Below are positions 49,609 to 60,308 of a stretch of 64,000 bases of DNA, piece after piece (positions within the stretch are counted from its first letter, which is position 1; each line of letters opens with the position of its first letter). The stretch is from Dehalococcoidia bacterium. Lineage in GTDB: Bacteria; Chloroflexota; Dehalococcoidia; Bin125. Below the pieces are notes generated by a model. It was not told where the DNA came from. It ran no database searches and saw only the letters and a program-made list of their open reading frames with translations. The stretch spans positions 2,048,001 to 2,112,000 of the forward strand of contig OY820591.1 in NCBI GenBank assembly GCA_963555985.3, given 5' to 3'. The translations under genes were made by a program, and so were the position numbers.

Positions 49609-50670
49609 CTATTCGGGCCGGGTTTCGGCCAGGAACTGCAACAGGGTTCGGTTCGTGAAGTCGGGCGCTTCTTCGGGGAAGAAGTGTCCTGCGCCGGGCA
49701 CGCCGACGGCGCGCAGGTCGGGGAAGTACATCGGAAACTGGTCGAAGAAGGGATTGCCGGAGGGAATTTCCGTGCTGGGCTCACTGTCGGGCGTGAGGCG
49801 GGAATTGCCGTACATCCAGAGAGCAGGCTTCTCGAAGCGCTTGTGGCGATCCTCGGGGCCGTACTCCATGAACTCGCGGCCCCAGGGGTGATCGTTGAGG
49901 CCGCGCCGCCAGACTTCGCCGACCTGGGCTGAGGTCAGCCGCTCGCAGCGGTAGCCGCCGGCGACCTGATCGTCGGCGTGCATTCGGTGGAAGGGCAGCG
50001 CATGGCGGTAGTAGGAGATGGCGGCGGCGTGGGAGCCGGGATCGGCGAAGGCGTCTTTGTAGACGCGCACATCCTTATCGGTCGCCCAGCGGTTGGGCGA
50101 GAGCCTGCGTCCGACTGACCATGGGGACTCCGGCCAACCGGGCAGTTCCGGATCGGATTCTCCGGTGAAGATCGCCTCGATGAACTGCTCGTGGTATTCG
50201 GCGTAGAAATGCTCGGGCAGGGGTCGCGCCTTGAACCAGAAGCCGTGGATGGCGAACGGCGTCCAGACCGTGCAAAGGGTGTCCATCAGCGCCGTGCGCG
50301 AGACCCGTTCGGGCCAGTCGATGACGACTTTGAAGCCGATGATGCCGCCCCAGTCGTGTCCGACCAGGGCGACCTCGTCAATGTCGAAGTGATCCAGCAC
50401 GCCCACCATGTCGGCGGCGAGGGTGCGGCGCGAGACCGGGCCGGGGGGTTTGTCGGAGTCGCCGTAGCCGCGCGTATCAGGGACGATCACGCGGTAGCCG
50501 GCGTCGACCAGGGCAGGAATCTGGTAGCGCCATTCATACGAGGTCTCGGGGAAGCCGTGGATCAGGAGGACGGGTTCGCCGTCGGACGGACCGTCGGTGA
50601 GGACGTTGATGCGGATCCCGTTGGAGTCGATGCGCTGGGTTTCCATCTGACGCTCCGATCGCTGTGTCAC
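49609..50670 (-). CDS. Epoxide hydrolase-like alpha/beta hydrolase
   Basis: HGFPE, PDTRGYG.SDKP, GHDWGG, GAGHFFPEE; start may be 50646. Confidence 0.9.
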   Translation of the reverse strand: MTQRSERQMETQRIDSNGIRINVLTDGPSDGEPVLLIHGFPETSYEWRYQIPALVDAGYRVIVPDTRGYGDSDKPPGPVSRRTLAADMVGVLDHFDIDEVALVGHDWGGIIGFKVVIDWPERVSRTALMDTLCTVWTPFAIHGFWFKARPLPEHFYAEYHEQFIEAIFTGESDPELPGWPESPWSVGRRLSPNRWATDKDVRVYKDAFADPGSHAAAISYYRHALPFHRMHADDQVAGGYRCERLTSAQVGEVWRRGLNDHPWGREFMEYGPEDRHKRFEKPALWMYGNSRLTPDSEPSTEIPSGNPFFDQFPMYFPDLRAVGVPGAGHFFPEEAPDFTNRTLLQFLAETRPE

Positions 50671-50695
50671 GCAGGCTAGCGCGGAGCGGCGGTCG

Positions 50696-51133
50696 TCAGT
50701 CGAGGTAGCGGCGCAGGAGGGGGGTGAAACCGGCTCTGGTGAACTCTTGGTCGGCGGTGAGGATGCTGGTGATGCCGTATTCGCGCATGATCACGATGGC
50801 GACGCAATCTTGGAGCGAGAACGTGGAGCTGGCGAACTCGCCCGCGTAGAGGTCGAGTGCGGCTTCCATCAGCGCCACATCGTGCGGTACGACGGTGTAG
50901 TTGGGATTGGCCCGAATGGCCTGCAAACTCCGTGCGACCCGCACTCGCACTGCCGTGGGCGTACGCGAGAAGTGCGCCAGGGTTTCCAGGATCGCGCCGT
51001 CGCTGGTCACCAGCGGCTGCTGGGGGTCGAGGTCGGCGGCGGCCTGCTCAGACACTACGCGCCAGTCGTCCCGCCGAGCTCGCTGCGCGATCAAGTGGAC
51101 GCTATCGACGAATATCGACTCCGCGCCGGCCAC
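50696..51133 (-). CDS. PIN-domain (VapC-like) toxin
   Basis: IFVDS, ILETL, SLQDC, ILTADQEF acidic residues. Confidence 0.85.
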   Translation of the reverse strand: MAGAESIFVDSVHLIAQRARRDDWRVVSEQAAADLDPQQPLVTSDGAILETLAHFSRTPTAVRVRVARSLQAIRANPNYTVVPHDVALMEAALDLYAGEFASSTFSLQDCVAIVIMREYGITSILTADQEFTRAGFTPLLRRYLD

Positions 51134-51348
51134 TACGCATCGCTCGGCTGGCGGAATCGCTCAAGGTAGGCATCGATGTCGTCCGCCGCCGGACCAAGCT
51201 CTTCCGGATCAACAGGGCCGATCATGCGTTGGAGCAACTCCTGCGTCGTCGGAGCGCCTGGTTCGCGCGGCTGAACTGGGACGTACCAACTGGGGCGCTC
51301 GCGCGGTTCGTTGGCGTCGGCGCCGTTGGGGGTTGGGTCTTGCGGCAT
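51133..51348 (-). CDS. Putative antitoxin of the PIN toxin
   Basis: Small acidic ORF with caggag RBS; stop overlaps the toxin start (TAGTG); ends ADDIDAYL. Confidence 0.7.
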   Translation of the reverse strand: MPQDPTPNGADANEPRERPSWYVPVQPREPGAPTTQELLQRMIGPVDPEELGPAADDIDAYLERFRQPSDA

Positions 51349-51405
51349 GGCGGTCTCCTGCGGGTATTTTACCGCCAATTGCCCCGCCCCGGATTGGGGC
51401 GGGGT

Positions 51406-51440
51406 GTTCGGTCTTGTTCGGATTTGTTCGACTGTGTGCG
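51406..51440. repeat. 10-bp-period GTTCG array upstream of the vapBC-like pair
   Basis: GTTCG at 51406, 51416, 51426; GTGCG at 51436. Confidence 0.7.
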
Positions 51441-51519
51441 GATTTGGGGGTGTTTGGCTGCGGATGTGTTGCTGCGTGCGGGTTGGTCCGGGCGGCGGCT
51501 ACTTCGGCGCGGGGATGGG

Positions 51520-54500
51520 CTAGCTTTCGGTGGAGTTGACCCAAGAGCTGTCGTAGCCCCTGGTTCTGCCGTCGACCTCTATCGACAGGGTGGCTTTGAC
51601 GCGGGTGTTGCTGATGCCGCCGGCGGTGCCGTTGACGCTCAGCGAGTCACTCGTCGTCGGGGCAACTGTTTTCCATGCCTTCCAATCATGGACGTTCTGC
51701 ACCTCATAGCCGATCTTGACGCCCGCGGTGGCGTTGTCGCTCCGCTCCCAACTCACGGTCAGACCGCAGATGCCCAGCCAGTTGCAGGTCCCGCTGTGCG
51801 TAACATTCTGCGGCTGATGGGGGATGGTGGCGAAGGCGACTCGGGCGATGGCGGTGGTGCAGGCGGCGTCGCTGTAGGCGTGGTACTCGTAGACGGTGAC
51901 CGAGGTGAGGCCGCTGACGTCTTGGGTGGTCGTGCTGCTGGCCGAGGAGCAGGTTCCGACCGTCGGACTGGTCTGCTTGACGTACCAGTTGCCGGTGTGG
52001 TCGGCGATCGTCAGGGTGGTGCTGGTCGGGCCGTTGACCCAGGGCGCGCTGAGCGATGAGGCGAGCGTGGTGAAGCTGACGCTGGCGATCTTCGTGCTAC
52101 AGGTGGAGTCGGAGTAAGCGTCGTAGGTGTAGCTGGTACCGGCGGTCAGGCTGCCCTGGTTGTAGGTGGTCCCGCCGATCGCGCCTGAGCAGGTACCGAC
52201 GGGCGTGGGGACGGTCTTCTTCACGTACCAGTTGCCCGTGTGCCCGGCAATCGTCAGCCTTGCCGAATCGTGGTCGATCCAATCGGCGGTGAGCGAGGCC
52301 AGCGTGGTGAAGGAGGCGCTAGCGAGCTTCGTGCTGCACGTGGAGTCGGAGTAGGCGTCGTAGGCGTAGGCGGCGCCGGCGGTCAGTCCGGTCAGGTCCA
52401 CGGCGGCGGTGTTGGCCGCGACGGGACCCTGGCAGGTCGTATGCGGCGCGATGTCCGCCTTGTAGTACCAGGCGGCGGTGTGGTTGGCAATGGTCAGCGT
52501 GGCTGTGGTGTCGGCAATCGCGCTGGCGGTCAGCGAGTGGGTGCTGAATGTCTCGCTGGCGAGTTCGGTGGCGCAGCCGGAATCGGAGTATGCCTTGTAG
52601 ATGTAGGCGGCGCCGGCGGTCAGGCCGGTCAGGTCCACGGCGGCGGTGTTGGCCGCGACGGGACCTTGGCAGGTCGTGTGCGGTGCGGCGTTGGCTTTGT
52701 ACCACCACTGCGCGGTGTGCCCGGCGATAGTCAGTGTGGTCGTGGTGTCAGCGATGGCGCTGGCGGTCAGCGACAGCGGCGTGGTGAAGGCGGCCGCCGC
52801 GGCCATCAGGTTGGCGGTCGTGCAGGCGCTGTCGCTGTAGGCCGAGAAGGTGTAGGAAGCGCCCGGCGAGAGATCGCTCAGGGTGACCGAACTCGTATTC
52901 GCGGCGACGGACGTACAGGTCGTCTGGCCCGTGGTCGTGGATTTGTAGTACCAGGCGGCGGTGTGCCCGGCGATGGTCAGCGTCGCGCTCGTGGCGGTGA
53001 TGCTGCCGGCGCTGAGCGAAACTGTGGACGCCGAGCTCGACCAGGCGCCGCGCAGATAGCCCTGGTCGGCGCGGACGCGGACATGGGTCCAGGCGGTCTG
53101 CGAGGTGGTCAGGGTCGTGGTCGCGGTCAGCGAGGCGCTCGACGTAGCGGCGACCGTCGCGCACTGGCTCCAGGTCGAGTTGTCGCTGCTGCACTGGACG
53201 ACGTAGGAGAGGTCTCCGCTTGCGCCGGACGGCTTGTCCCAGCCGATCGTGTAGGTGACGGTCGTGCCAACGGTGCTCACGCTGCTCACGGCGATGTTGC
53301 CCGGCGCGGCGGGCGCGGTGCCCGAGGGCACGCCGATGCTGACCCAGCCGCTCACGCGCTGCGCCTGGCTTGCACGGATGCGCACGTTGGTCGCCGTGCC
53401 GGTCACGCTGGGCGAGACGTAGAAGTTCGCGGTCTGGCTGGCGGCTTCTGTGTGGCAGTCGCTCCAGGTGTACGGAGTGCTGGAACTCGTGGTGCATTGC
53501 ACGTCATAGGCGTAGTCGCCGGTGACGGAGACGGGCCGGTTCCACCAGACCTTGAGCGCGCCGTCGTGGTACTGAGCGCCGGCGCCGGCGGGTTCCGAGA
53601 CCTCGGGATAGGAGCTGAGCCAGAGGCTGCGCTGTCCAGCGCTGACCGCTTGCACGCGCATGCGCTGGATGCGGTTCTGGCTCTGGGCGTTGGCGATGGC
53701 GTAGCCGAGGCTCGACGATTGCGACTGTTTGGCCGATTGACTGTTCTGTTGGCTGACGGTGTAGGTGACGCTCGAGGACAAGGACTGATTGCTGGTGGAG
53801 GCGATGTCGGGCGGGCAGGGCGTGTGCGTCCAGTCGTTGCCGCTGGTCTGGGCGCTGCACTCGATCTCGTAGGAGAAGGCCTGCGCGGCGCTCGCGCCGG
53901 CCGGCTTCTCCCAGTACAGCGTGGTGGTCACCTGCGAGGCGTTTTGAGTAGTAGTGGAGGTCAACTTCGTGGACGTCTGCGCCTGGGCTTGCGTGGCGGC
54001 GGGCGCGTTCGCGTTCTGCCAGATGCCGCCCAGCCGGTTCATGGAGGCGACCGCGACGATGTAGGCCTGGCTGTCGCTGACGCCCTCGATCACGGTTGAG
54101 ACGCCGCTGCGCGGGTCGGCGGCGGTGGCGGGCACGTTCTTGATCCGGGTCCAGGACTTGCCGCTGTCGGCGCTGAGGTTGACGGCGTAGTGGGTGATCG
54201 GGGTGTGGCCGGTGCAGGAGCCGTCGCTGAAGTCGCAGATGTTCCAGAAGACGTCGATTTCGCCAGAGGTCGTGCGCGCGGTGGCCAGGTTGGTGACCCA
54301 ATGGGGGTTCTGGATGCCTCGGGCGGGGGCGGAGTTCTTCCAGGGTCCGATCGCGTTGTTCTCGCGCGCGCGGACGGCGACGGTGATCTCGCCGGCCGTG
54401 TGGTGGGTCGAGTCGATGATCTTGAACTTGGTCGCGTTGAGGTTGCCGGCGACGGTCGTCCAGCTGATGCCGCCGTTCCAGCTCTTGCGCACGTCGTAGC

Positions 54501-55855
54501 CGGTGGCGCCCGTGACGGCGCTCCACTCGGCGTCGATGAAGCCCTGGCCGCGGTAGGCGTTGACGCTGGCGGGCTTGGCGGGCAGTCCGGGGATGGCGAC
54601 CTCGGCGCTGGTCTGGTTCTCGCCGAAGCGCGTCCGCACGCTCACGACCACGCGCTGGTCGGCGGACTGCTCGCCGCTGAGGGTGATGGCGACGTTGCTG
54701 CCGGAGGTGTAGCTGGTCAGCGTCTTGACCTGGGACCAGGTGGCGCCGCCGTTCTGGCTGAGGTCGATGCGCCAGCCGGTGATCGGTGTGCCGCCGTTGC
54801 ACTCGGCGTTGCTGATGTCGCACTGGGTCCAGCTGACGGTGAGGGCGTTGCCGCTGCGGCTGGCGCTGAGGTTGGTGACCGCCAGGGGGACCGTGACGGG
54901 GTGGATTTCGCCGGAGTAGCTCCAGAGGCCGGCGCCCTTGTCGTCGCGGGCGCGGACGCGCAAGACGTGCCAGAAGTAGTTGGGAATGCCGACCGGGCTG
55001 TCGGGATCAGTGAGCCGCGCGGAGGTGCCCGTCACGTTGGTCGCGCCGCGCTTCCACCAGTAGCCGGACAGGCCGAACTCGACGTCGTAGCCGGTCGCGC
55101 CCGTGACCGCGCTCCACTCGGCGTCGATGAAGCCCTTGCCGTCGCTGCCGCGATAGCCGACGACGGAGGCGGGCCCGGCGAGCGTCTGCGGGGCGATCGC
55201 GGAGGAGTTGCGCCAGCCGCTCCAGCCGGTCGCGTTGCCGGCGCGCACGCCGACCACGTAGGTCGCGTTGTTATCGACGCCGCTGATCGTGATGCTGGTC
55301 GCCGAGTGGTTGTCGTCGGGGTCGGCGGCGGACACCCAGTTCCAGGCGCCGTTGACGCTGTAGGTGATGTGGTACTTATCAGCTCCACTGACGCTGTAGC
55401 CGGTGACGGTCAGCGAGCCGTCGGAGCGGGTCACGTTCACGCTGGTCGGCGTGGCCGGTACCGGGTTGACCGGGCCGAAGGCCTGCGAGTTGATCCAGGA
55501 GCTGCCGAGGCCGTCCTTCCAGGCCTGCACGGCGACGATGTAGGTCTTGGCCGCCTCGAGGCCGGTGATCGTGGTGTGTCTGGCGCTGACGTCGCTGACC
55601 GCGCGAGTCCAGCTCCAACCGCCGTCCGAGGTCCAGTTGACGTTGTAGGTCACTCCCGAAGTGGGAGATCCTTGCCAGGAGACGTAGATCGTGCTGTCGC
55701 CGGTGCGGTTCGGCGCGTCAAATCCGGCGGGCGGTTCGGGCGGGGATTGGGCCGCGACGGGCGAGACGGAGCAGAGGGCGGCAAAGGCGAGCAGGGTCAA
55801 CAGTAGCGCGGTCGGCCAGCGTCGCCGGATCTCGCGGGGGGGGGGGGGCTCTCAT
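51520..55855 (-). CDS. Large secreted fibronectin type III repeat surface protein; start codon out of frame across a poly-C tract
   Basis: Many FN3-like modules (W..V.GATGYDV...VRAR) and five ~80-aa C-terminal repeats; ATG 55855 joins ORF 55800 in frame only if C13 were C12 or C15. Confidence 0.85.
55836..55848 (-). repeat. Homopolymer C13 (G13 on +) in the signal-peptide coding region
   Basis: ctcgc ggggggggggggg ctctcat. Confidence 0.95.
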
Positions 55856-55985
55856 GCAAGTTTACGACGCTTCACTTCGGCGAAACGATTTACGGGCTCA
55901 GGTTAGCATTTCCGTCATTAGGGTGCTGGGGGGTGGCTGGGCGCAGGTATGAGGGAGCTCATTGACGGATGCACAAGTCTCCGAA

Positions 55986-56046
55986 CGCGGGAATCCGGAT
56001 GTCACTCGAGACGCCGCATGGATTCCCGCGTGCGCGGGAATGACGG
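55986..56046. repeat. CGTC-type REP, ATTCCC/GGGAAT subtype, as a partial doublet
   Basis: cgcgggaatcc...ggattcccgcgtgcgcgggaatgacgg. Confidence 0.8.
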
Positions 56047-56066
56047 AATTTGGGATTACGCGCAGG

Positions 56067-56150
56067 TCTCCTTTGAGAGAGGGCTGAGGTGAGGGTTGGC
56101 CGCTCTTTGTCCGCTGTGTAGCCCTCACCCTCTCCCAGAGGGAGAGGGGA
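56067..56150. repeat. CTCCC/GGGAG-type palindromic repeat doublet
   Basis: tctcctttgagagagggctgaggtgaggg...ccctcaccctctcccagagggagagggg. Confidence 0.7.
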
Positions 56151-56184
56151 TCGGAAGAAGGGGAGGGGGACTCCGAGTGGCTGA

Positions 56185-57162
56185 CTAGTCGAAGGCGGGG
56201 AGGACTTCGTTGACGACGCGGTCGTACATGGCCTGTTGGTCGTAGCCGACGAGGCGGAGAGTGATCGTGGTGGCGCCGGCGTTGACGTAGGACTGGATGT
56301 CGGCGATGCACTGCTCGGGTGTGCCCATGGCGACCCAGAGGCCGAGCATCTCGTCGGAATACTCGGTGTTGTAGTAGGCCTCGAGGTAGCGGCGGGACTC
56401 GTCGAGGGCGGCCTGGCGGTCGTCGTTGACGTTGATGTTGTAGTAGATGCAGACCTCGAAGTCGTCGGGCAGTTGGCGGCCTTCTTCGGCGGCGTAGCGG
56501 CGGATGTCGGCCATGTACGCCTCGACGATCGCAGGCGGTTGGAAGGTCGTCATCCAGCCATCGCCGAGCCGCGCCGTGCGGCGCAGCCCGGCCTCGCGGT
56601 TGCGGGTCAGATTCGGGCGCGGATTCGACGTCACCCAGATCGGGATCGGCCGCTGGACCGAGCGCGGCTCGATCGTGACATTGTCGAAGTCGTTGTACTC
56701 GCCGTGGTAGGAGGCGTTGTCCTCCGAGGTCAGCAAGCGCATGACTTCGATCGCTTCTTCCATCCGCTTCATGCGCGACTCGGGCGCGACGCAGAAGGCG
56801 TCGAACTCGTGCAGCATGTCGCCGCCGCCGGGCGCGGCCTGGCCCATGCAGGCGGCGAAGATCGAGCGTCCGTTGGACATGAAGTCGAGCGAGGCGTACT
56901 GATAGGCGAGCAGCAGGGCGTCGCGCAGCGGGGTTGAGGCGAAGCAGGCCGGTCCGATTTTGACGCGCTCGGTGACCACCGCCAGCGCGGACATGAGGCC
57001 GAGCGCATCCAGTCGCGGCTTGGCCAGGATCGAGTCGCCGACCCAGATGCTGTCCCAGCGTTCGTCGGCGTCGGCTTGCTGTGCGAGCGCGATCATGTCG
57101 TCTAGCGTTGAGGCGCCGGTGACGACGCCCCGGTTTGAGAGTGTGAGTCCGAATTTGACCAT
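56185..57162 (-). CDS. LLM-class flavin-dependent oxidoreductase
   Basis: MVKFGLTLSNRG, WVGDSILAKPR, PRSVQRPIPIW, RLGDGW. Confidence 0.92.
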   Translation of the reverse strand: MVKFGLTLSNRGVVTGASTLDDMIALAQQADADERWDSIWVGDSILAKPRLDALGLMSALAVVTERVKIGPACFASTPLRDALLLAYQYASLDFMSNGRSIFAACMGQAAPGGGDMLHEFDAFCVAPESRMKRMEEAIEVMRLLTSEDNASYHGEYNDFDNVTIEPRSVQRPIPIWVTSNPRPNLTRNREAGLRRTARLGDGWMTTFQPPAIVEAYMADIRRYAAEEGRQLPDDFEVCIYYNINVNDDRQAALDESRRYLEAYYNTEYSDEMLGLWVAMGTPEQCIADIQSYVNAGATTITLRLVGYDQQAMYDRVVNEVLPAFD

Positions 57163-57214
57163 GACGAACCTCCCTGTCGTGGGCGTAGGGTAGATCGAGG
57201 GGGAGGAGTCTGCG

Positions 57215-58174
57215 TCAGCGGAAGGCGGGCAGGATTTCGTCAACGATGCGCCGGTATTGGGGCAGCTGGTCGCTGCCGGCGATGCGGATCGTGATCGTGG
57301 TCGCGCCTGCGTCGATGTACTGCTGAATGCCGTCGATACAGCGCTCCGGCGGCCCGTAGGTGCACCAACGATCCACGGCTGCGGGCGAGTGGTCGAGCAT
57401 GTAGTAGTCGTCCAGGTAGCGCTTGGCGTCGCGGAAGGCGAGCTCGCGGTCGTCGTTGACGTTGAGCGTGCAGTAGACATGCACCTCATAGTCGTCGGGC
57501 AGTTTGCGGCCTTGTTCGGCAGCGTAGCCGCGAAGCTCGGTGAGGTATTCGGCTACGAGCGGCGGGGTCAGAGTCACCGTCATCCAGCCGTCGCCCAAGC
57601 GCGCTGCGCGAGAGAGTCCACGCTTACGGTTTACGGGATCGTCGGGGCGGGCGTTGGAGACGACCAGGATCGGAATCGGCCGCTGCACCGAGCGCGGCTC
57701 AATCGTGATGTCGTCGAAGTCGTTGTAGCGCCCGTGATAGGAGGCGTGGTCTTGGGAGGTGACCAGGCGAATGATCTCGATCGCCTCCTCCATCCGCCCG
57801 GAGCGAGTCTTGGGCGCGACGTTGAAGTCTGCAAACTCAGAGTTCTCCGGCGCTCCCTGACAGGCCGCGAAGATCAGCCGTCCCTGCGAGATCACGTCGA
57901 TCGCGGCTAGCTGATAGGCCAAGAGCAGGGCCGGCCGGATCGGCGTGGTCGCAAAGCAGCCCGGGCCAATCCGCACGCGCTCGGTGAGGGCGGCCAACGC
58001 GCTCATCAGCGAAAGCGCGTCCAGACGCGGCTTGGCGGTGATCGAATCGCCGACCCAGATGCTGTCCCAGCGCTCGTCGGCGTCGACGAGGCGGGCGAGG
58101 TCGAACATGTCCTCGAGCGAGGAGTCGCCGGTCACGAGTCCACGGTTGGAGAGGGTGAAGCCGAATTTGGTCAT
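57215..58174 (-). CDS. LLM-class flavin-dependent oxidoreductase (tandem paralog)
   Basis: MTKFGFTLSNRG; same motifs as its neighbour. Confidence 0.92.
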   Translation of the reverse strand: MTKFGFTLSNRGLVTGDSSLEDMFDLARLVDADERWDSIWVGDSITAKPRLDALSLMSALAALTERVRIGPGCFATTPIRPALLLAYQLAAIDVISQGRLIFAACQGAPENSEFADFNVAPKTRSGRMEEAIEIIRLVTSQDHASYHGRYNDFDDITIEPRSVQRPIPILVVSNARPDDPVNRKRGLSRAARLGDGWMTVTLTPPLVAEYLTELRGYAAEQGRKLPDDYEVHVYCTLNVNDDRELAFRDAKRYLDDYYMLDHSPAAVDRWCTYGPPERCIDGIQQYIDAGATTITIRIAGSDQLPQYRRIVDEILPAFR

Positions 58175-58250
58175 GGGAGCTCCTATAATTGTCAGTAGGG
58201 TACCGTCGCTGTTGCGGCGCGATGTTTTCTGACCGAACGCTGGAGACGGA

Positions 58251-59489
58251 ATGGCCTTCGACATCGAGCGGCGCGATGCGGCGATCTTCTTTCGCGGCCA
58301 ACTGACTCGAAGCCAAGCAGTACGTGGCGCGTGCTCAGCGCTGCACCAAGCAGTGAATGAGCGCGGCTATCGAGATGTGGCTCTCGACTTCTCCGAGTGC
58401 AGTGCAGCGACGGAGGCGTTCATACTCCCCCTTCTTCCAATCGTTGCGAATTATCGCGAGGTTGATGGTGTGAGATTCGATATCACACTGCCTAGGTCAA
58501 ATGACCTCTACCGCCTCTTCAGCAATGCGAACTGGGCCTATCTCATCGAGCCCGAGCGCTTTTCTCCGAGCTCATTTTCGGACCAGCACATTCCCGTTCA
58601 GCACTACCACACCGAAACTGAGATGCAGGACATCCTCGATCAAATGCTGGAGTTCTTCATTCGTCAGCCGGGCATAAGGAAGTCGGTCCTCATTGCACTT
58701 GAGTGGGCGTTGGGTGAGATCATGGATAACGTGATTCGTCATGCAGAGTCGGAGGTCGGTGGTTTTATCCAGGCAACCGCCTACGGCAATGGGGCTGAGT
58801 TCATTGTCGCCGATGCCGGAATCGGGATCCCGCGGTCTCTCAGAATTCGAGATCCAGAAACCGCCCTCAGCGAGGCCATTCAAACGCTCCGCACCCGAGA
58901 CGACAAAGTGGGTCAGGGAAACGGGCTGTTCGGCACTTATCGGCTCGGCAGTCTTTCTCCTGGCCAATTCGAACTCCTGTCGGACCGGGCCGTGCTCTAC
59001 CACGATCAGCGACGAGGCATACCAGTGACTCGGTTTCAGAGTATCCCGTATCTGGGGACATCAGTCCGTTGTCGGATCGGCTCCAATGATCCCGCACTGC
59101 TGGAACGCGCGCTTGAGATCGGCGGGCGCAGTGGACTACCTGTGTACAATTATGTAGAGAGAGTCTTCGAATCGGAAGCAGGTGAACTGGTGTTCCGGGT
59201 AAAGGAACGAGCCGAGCGAGACGTGAACTCCCGACGGTCAGGCGCGCGAGTACGACGGCAAATCGAGAATTTGCTGGCCGAGGAGGACCATGTCGTGATC
59301 GACTTTGATGGCGTCGATGTCATCTCCAGCAGCTTCGCTGATGAGGTCTTCGGCCGATTGTTCCTTGAGCTCGGACCGGTAACGTTCGCGTCCCGCATTC
59401 CCTTGCGAAACACGAACGAGACCGTCCGTGGGCTGATCGACCGTGCGATCGTCCAGCGAACGCGTCTCACGGACAGCTCGTCGCGTTAG
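58251..59489 (+). CDS. STAS-like / HATPase / DUF4325 (STAS-like) fusion protein
   Basis: N-terminal LDFSEC; EIMDNVIRHA N-box, DAGIGI, GQGNGL; C-terminal VIDFDGVDVISSSFADEVFG; lower GC. Confidence 0.8.
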   Translation: MAFDIERRDAAIFFRGQLTRSQAVRGACSALHQAVNERGYRDVALDFSECSAATEAFILPLLPIVANYREVDGVRFDITLPRSNDLYRLFSNANWAYLIEPERFSPSSFSDQHIPVQHYHTETEMQDILDQMLEFFIRQPGIRKSVLIALEWALGEIMDNVIRHAESEVGGFIQATAYGNGAEFIVADAGIGIPRSLRIRDPETALSEAIQTLRTRDDKVGQGNGLFGTYRLGSLSPGQFELLSDRAVLYHDQRRGIPVTRFQSIPYLGTSVRCRIGSNDPALLERALEIGGRSGLPVYNYVERVFESEAGELVFRVKERAERDVNSRRSGARVRRQIENLLAEEDHVVIDFDGVDVISSSFADEVFGRLFLELGPVTFASRIPLRNTNETVRGLIDRAIVQRTRLTDSSSR

Positions 59490-59516
59490 GAGACAGCGCG
59501 TCCACGCCTGCGATTG

Positions 59517-60308
59517 CTAGACCCCTAGACCGCGGAGGGCAAACTCTCTGACGGCCTCCGCCAGGGCTTCCGGCGCTTCCAGGTCGGCGACGTGGGCGGC
59601 GCCTGCGAGCTCGATCTGCTGGGCGCCGGGGATGGCGCTGCGCCAGATGTCGCCCATCGCTTTGGCGACGACCTTGTCGTTCTCGCTGGTGGCGATCAGC
59701 GTGCGCGTGTCGATTCGGGCGAGACGGCGGCCGACGCCGGTGTCGGGGATGGGCCAGAGGAACTTAGCGCTGGCGCGCAGATCGAGCAGCTCTCCGACGT
59801 AGGCGTCAAGCGGGTCGCGGTCGGCCATGAGCAGGGCGGTGCGCTGATCGGGATTGCTGAACAGAACTGCGGTGGGGAACCCGGGGTGCTGGGCGAACAT
59901 GTCCTCGCCCGGATGCTCTTCCGACCAGAGACCGAGCGGATTGATCAGCGTGAGCGACTGCACCGCATCGGGGCGAATCGCTGCGATTTCGGCGGCGATC
60001 CAGGCGCCGATGCTCACACCGACCAGGTGGGCAGAACCGACGCCGACGGTGTTGAGCAGATCGACGTTGAAGAGCACTAGGTCGAGCGCGTCGCGGACGC
60101 CGGGCAAGTCGTCTTTGGCCGGCCCCCAGCCAGGCTGATAGGGCGCGATCACGTCGAAGTCGTTGGCGAGTTCGGCGATTGCGCCACCCCAGCGGGGGAT
60201 GCCGGTGACGGGATGGAGGAAGAGCAGGGGCGGACCTTCGCCGCCGCGCCAGACGTGCGCGGTCTGTCCGCCCGGGCTGAGATCGAGGGTTGAGAGTTCG
60301 GGCATCAT
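59517..60308 (-). CDS. Alpha/beta hydrolase
   Basis: GGEGPPLLFLH, GVSIG, AAHV. Confidence 0.88.
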   Translation of the reverse strand: MMPELSTLDLSPGGQTAHVWRGGEGPPLLFLHPVTGIPRWGGAIAELANDFDVIAPYQPGWGPAKDDLPGVRDALDLVLFNVDLLNTVGVGSAHLVGVSIGAWIAAEIAAIRPDAVQSLTLINPLGLWSEEHPGEDMFAQHPGFPTAVLFSNPDQRTALLMADRDPLDAYVGELLDLRASAKFLWPIPDTGVGRRLARIDTRTLIATSENDKVVAKAMGDIWRSAIPGAQQIELAGAAHVADLEAPEALAEAVREFALRGLGV

